Of a stretch of 31,162 nucleotides of DNA, positions 27,782 to 31,162 are shown piece by piece. Position numbers and translations under genes: made by a program. The notes beneath the pieces are model-generated. The model saw nothing but the letters and a program-made list of their open reading frames with translations. It ran no database searches and was not told the DNA's origin. The stretch spans positions 1-31,162 of the forward strand of contig JAINCQ010000024.1 in NCBI GenBank assembly GCA_036574205.1, read 5' to 3'. How positions within the stretch are numbered: the first letter of the stretch is position 1; each line of letters starts with the position of its first letter. This stretch comes from Elusimicrobiota bacterium. GTDB taxonomy: Bacteria; Elusimicrobiota; Elusimicrobia; Elusimicrobiales; UBA9959.

Positions 27782-28525
27782 TTATAAGAAAACATCAAAA
27801 ATAAAATTAAAAATTTTAGTTAAAGAGCTATTTATTTTTTTTGAATTAAATTTATGCTCCCATCCATATTCTCCAATTTTATCACTTATAACAAAAATAG
27901 AACCTGACTGAATTTTATAGTATTCAGTCACCGCAAAAACCGCGGAAGATTCCATTTCCACTGTTAATATGCCTGATTTCGAGTATTTAATAACCTCTTT
28001 AAGAGTCTCCCTATATGGAGCATCTATTGTCCAGGAACCACCTTTTTTAAAATCAATATTAAATTCTGTAAATTTTTTTTCAATATAATTTAGCAATTTT
28101 TTTGAAGAATATGCATATTTTGAAGGTTTTAAATAATGATAAGAGCTTCCTTCATCTCTTATTGCTTTCTCACATAAAACTATATCTCCGATATTCAAAT
28201 CTCTATTTATACTGCCAGCAATACCAATATTTATTAATTTTCTTATATTAAAAATTCGCATCTCTTCAATACTAATTGTAACATTAGGGGAAGAAATCTG
28301 TGAGATACAACAAAGAATTTTATCCTCAACAATAATATATTTCTTATCTTTTTTAATTTTTAAATTATTCTGCCTTGCGGAATTTAAAAAAATGCTTGCT
28401 GCATATGGATATATTATCAAAGCCACATCTCCATTAAAAGCTATCCCTTCCTTATATTTTTCAATATAACTCATCGGATCTGTAATACTTTTTTCTGTAT
28501 ACTTTTCCTTTATATTTGGCAACAT
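27782..28525 (-). CDS. Nucleoside phosphorylase (PNP/UDP family 1)
   Basis: IGIAGS, AIRDEGSSYHY, WTIDAPYRET, VEMES and VISD. Confidence 0.9.
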   Translation of the reverse strand: MLPNIKEKYTEKSITDPMSYIEKYKEGIAFNGDVALIIYPYAASIFLNSARQNNLKIKKDKKYIIVEDKILCCISQISSPNVTISIEEMRIFNIRKLINIGIAGSINRDLNIGDIVLCEKAIRDEGSSYHYLKPSKYAYSSKKLLNYIEKKFTEFNIDFKKGGSWTIDAPYRETLKEVIKYSKSGILTVEMESSAVFAVTEYYKIQSGSIFVISDKIGEYGWEHKFNSKKINSSLTKIFNFIFDVFL

Positions 28526-28588
28526 AAAATTTTAAAAATAACAATAAATAATAGTTAAGACTCAATCGTTATATTATCTCATATTGAC

Positions 28589-30691
28589 TCACTGGTGAAT
28601 ATCGCAAAACTCAGTTGGCTCAGTGCCACTTAAAAAAGCTTCCATAAATTTGCTTTTACATTTTGGTCCTGCAATCTTGCCGCTTTCTTCATCTATATTA
28701 ACAAAAACTATTTTCTCCGGAACCACAAAATCTCTAACAGGATACTCCTTTAAAATTTCTTGCATTATATCGGTCCACCATGGAGCAACTGTAGAACCCC
28801 CGGTCCAATCACTCATTGGAACTTTTGAATAATCATCATAACCCATCCATGCCCCGGCTGTAATATCCGGAGAAAAGCCAATAAACCAGGTATCCTTTGA
28901 ACCCTGACTTGTTCCAGTTTTACCAGCTATTGGTCTTTTTAATCTTGAAACAACTTTTCCAGTTCCTCTTTGAACAACCCCCTTCATCATATTTACAAGT
29001 AGATAAATTTCTTGAGGTCTAAATACCTCACTTTCTTTTGGAAAATTTTCTTCCAGAACTTTGCCATTATTATCACAAACTTTTAAAATAGCAAGAGGTT
29101 CAACATATATTCCACTGTTTGCAAAAGTATTAAAAGCTGCAGTCATCTCCATAACACTTACAAGAGATGTTCCAAGCCCTATAGAAGGAACGCTTTCAAG
29201 CTTACTTTTTATACCAGCTCTGATAGCAGTATCGACAATTGCGTTAGGGCTTAATTTATTTACAAGATATACAGATACCAGATTTCTTGATTTCTCAAGC
29301 GCCTTTCTTAAAGTAATAGGACCTAAAAACTTACCATCAAAGTTAGCCGGTATCCATACTTTAAAATCTGGATTTTCCATAAAAGGCTCTACCGCATCGG
29401 CTATACTTGCTTGATCAGTTGCATCCTCTATAAGATGCCAGCTCATTCTTGAATCTGCATAAAAAGCCATAGGGTTATCATAAACAATAGTTGCGGGGGT
29501 ATATCCATTTGAAAGTGCGGATAGCCACACAAAAGGTTTAAATGTGGATCCTGCCTGTCTTTTAGCCTGAGTGGCTCTATTAAACTGACTTTCTTTGTAA
29601 TTTCTTCCTCCTATCATTACTTTAATCGCGCCGGTGTGAGAGTCCATAGCTATAAATGCGCCTTGAAGAGTTGTAGTTGATTTCTCATTTTCATTTTTCT
29701 CTATATTTTTTAATTCATATTCTGAAAGTTTTTTTTCAAAAATTTCTTCCGCCACCTTTTGCATTTTAATATCAAGAGAGGTGTATATTTTAAGCCCACC
29801 TTTCCAGAACATTTCTATCCCATACTTTGGTTCTAGCTGTTGTCTTATATATTCCGTAAAATAAGGGGCATTTGAAGAATATATAACTGATTTTTTTTCT
29901 GGAAGAGGTTCATTGTTTGCTTTTTCCATTTCTTCCTTAGTTATATATCTCTCTTCATACATTCTTTTCAAAACAAGCGCACGCCTTTTTGCGCAAAGCT
30001 GGGGATTCGCAAATGGAGAATATCTTTCTGGAGCTGGAATTATTGCCACCAGCATTGCACTTTCAGCAAGTGTAAGTTCAGACACATCTTTGCCAAAATA
30101 TATCTTTGAAGCTGTTTGAACCCCATATACGCCATTTCCAAAATATATTTGATTAAAATACATTTGTAAAATTTCCTGTTTGGAAAAATTCTTTTCTATC
30201 TGTAATGCTATAAATATTTCCTTTATTTTTCTTGAAATTGTTCTTTCAGGTTTAAGAAATATTAATTTTGAAAGTTGTTGTGTTATAGTAGATCCGCCCT
30301 GCTTGACTTTTCTATGAAAAACATCTCTTACAAATGCTCTTGCCATGCCCTTAACAGAAATTCCCCAATGTTTAAAGAAGTCTTTATCCTCCATCGCTAT
30401 CAAAGCATTTTGAAGATCAAGCGGTATTTTATCAAGGGTTAAAAATGACCTTCTTTCAATAGAATATTCGGTTATAACTTCTCCATTAATATCATAAACA
30501 TAGGTGCTAAGAGACGGAGTATATTGTGCAAGTTTATCTATAGATGGAAGGTCCTTAAAGACCTGACGCATAAAGATAGAAAAAACAAAGATAACAATTA
30601 GTAGAATTATTGAAAAGAAAAAAAACAAACGCAATATAAATTTATGAGGAGTATTAGATATGTTCTGAATTATTTTTTTTAAAAAAACCAC
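28589..30691 (-). CDS. Class A penicillin-binding protein (PBP1A family)
   Basis: Transglycosylase motifs EDKDFFKH.G, GGSTITQQL and RKIKE; transpeptidase motifs STFK, SRN and KTGT. Confidence 0.95.
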   Translation of the reverse strand: MVFLKKIIQNISNTPHKFILRLFFFFSIILLIVIFVFSIFMRQVFKDLPSIDKLAQYTPSLSTYVYDINGEVITEYSIERRSFLTLDKIPLDLQNALIAMEDKDFFKHWGISVKGMARAFVRDVFHRKVKQGGSTITQQLSKLIFLKPERTISRKIKEIFIALQIEKNFSKQEILQMYFNQIYFGNGVYGVQTASKIYFGKDVSELTLAESAMLVAIIPAPERYSPFANPQLCAKRRALVLKRMYEERYITKEEMEKANNEPLPEKKSVIYSSNAPYFTEYIRQQLEPKYGIEMFWKGGLKIYTSLDIKMQKVAEEIFEKKLSEYELKNIEKNENEKSTTTLQGAFIAMDSHTGAIKVMIGGRNYKESQFNRATQAKRQAGSTFKPFVWLSALSNGYTPATIVYDNPMAFYADSRMSWHLIEDATDQASIADAVEPFMENPDFKVWIPANFDGKFLGPITLRKALEKSRNLVSVYLVNKLSPNAIVDTAIRAGIKSKLESVPSIGLGTSLVSVMEMTAAFNTFANSGIYVEPLAILKVCDNNGKVLEENFPKESEVFRPQEIYLLVNMMKGVVQRGTGKVVSRLKRPIAGKTGTSQGSKDTWFIGFSPDITAGAWMGYDDYSKVPMSDWTGGSTVAPWWTDIMQEILKEYPVRDFVVPEKIVFVNIDEESGKIAGPKCKSKFMEAFLSGTEPTEFCDIHQ

Positions 30692-30708
30692 TATTAAAAA
30701 CTAAGTCT

Positions 30709-31038
30709 TCAAGCGTTTCTTATAATAAACTGCACCTTTACGTCACTGGGAAGGTCCACTGAATTTAAGGCATCGGTCGTTTTTGAAGTAGAATTTATTA
30801 TATCTATGAGTCTTACATGCTTTCTTATTTCAAACTGTTCTCTGGATTTTTTGTCCACATGAACAGATCTATTAACTGTATATCTTCTTATTTTTCTTGG
30901 CAGAAAAACAGGTCCTGAAACAAGAGCGCCACTTCTTCTTACAGCATCTATTATTTTAGAAAGAGATTGATCAAGTAAAGCATTATCTGAAGACTCAAGT
31001 TTTATTCTCATTATCTGCTTTGGATTTGATTCATTCAT
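30709..31038 (-). CDS. rpsJ: 30S ribosomal protein S10 (divergent)
   Basis: LLDQS, SGPVFLP and HVDKKSREQFEIRKH.RLIDI; directly after tuf. Confidence 0.93.
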   Translation of the reverse strand: MNESNPKQIMRIKLESSDNALLDQSLSKIIDAVRRSGALVSGPVFLPRKIRRYTVNRSVHVDKKSREQFEIRKHVRLIDIINSTSKTTDALNSVDLPSDVKVQFIIRNA

Positions 31039-31046
31039 AAATTCCT

Positions 31047-31162
31047 CTACTCAATGATCTCTGTCACAACTCCAGCACCTATCGTGCATCCGCCTTCCCT
31101 TATAGCAAACCTTAAACCCTTCTCCATCGCTATAGGTGTTATCAATTCAACATTTATCTCTG
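31047..31162 (-). CDS. tuf: Elongation factor Tu, 3' end (partial)
   Basis: Hand translation gives [37 protein letters not shown]. Confidence 0.95.
   Translation of the reverse strand, partial: EINVELITPIAMEKGLRFAIREGGCTIGAGVVTEIIE

Noticed and set aside
15173..30119. Numerous 60-130 aa plus-strand ORFs opposite murI, amidase, rng, rodA, mrdA, mreC, mreB, rpsM and PBP1A
   Set aside because: Antisense shadow ORFs of conserved genes with no independent coding signal.
1..31162. CRISPR arrays, tRNA/rRNA, IS elements, prophage or defence islands
   Set aside because: The window is almost fully coding with short intergenic gaps. I saw no periodic repeats, tRNA cloverleaf with T-loop consensus, or transposase, integrase or nuclease motifs apart from HicA, TatD and RNase G.

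Overview
AT-rich bacterial chromosomal window made up mostly of housekeeping genes. The organism is probably diderm, given an outer-membrane beta-barrel-like protein; Elusimicrobiota is only a guess. Left part: prfB (no programmed frameshift)-tatD; a convergent operon of ExeA-type ATPase, PIG-L deacetylase, WecA/MraY-like transferase and beta-barrel; a secreted hypothetical protein; and lepB-metF (in-frame TAA)-class II aldolase. Middle: a signalling cluster (pseudo-receiver OmpR, single-domain receiver, exported tandem thioredoxin/GILT-like protein, Cache-HAMP histidine kinase) and an orphan HicA with His->Tyr at the catalytic position. Right: a long minus-strand run of tuf(3' end)-rpsJ-PBP1A-nucleoside phosphorylase-infA-rpmJ-rpsM-rpsK-rpsD-rpoA-rplQ-mreBCD-mrdA-rodA-DUF2344-rng-amidase-murI, which lacks the rplC..secY..map block. 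I recognised no rRNA, tRNA, CRISPR array or transposase. The best candidates for uncharacterised systems are the redox/pseudo-receiver signalling cluster and the ExeA-deacetylase-glycosyltransferase-barrel operon. All calls come from motif recognition by eye, without database searches.
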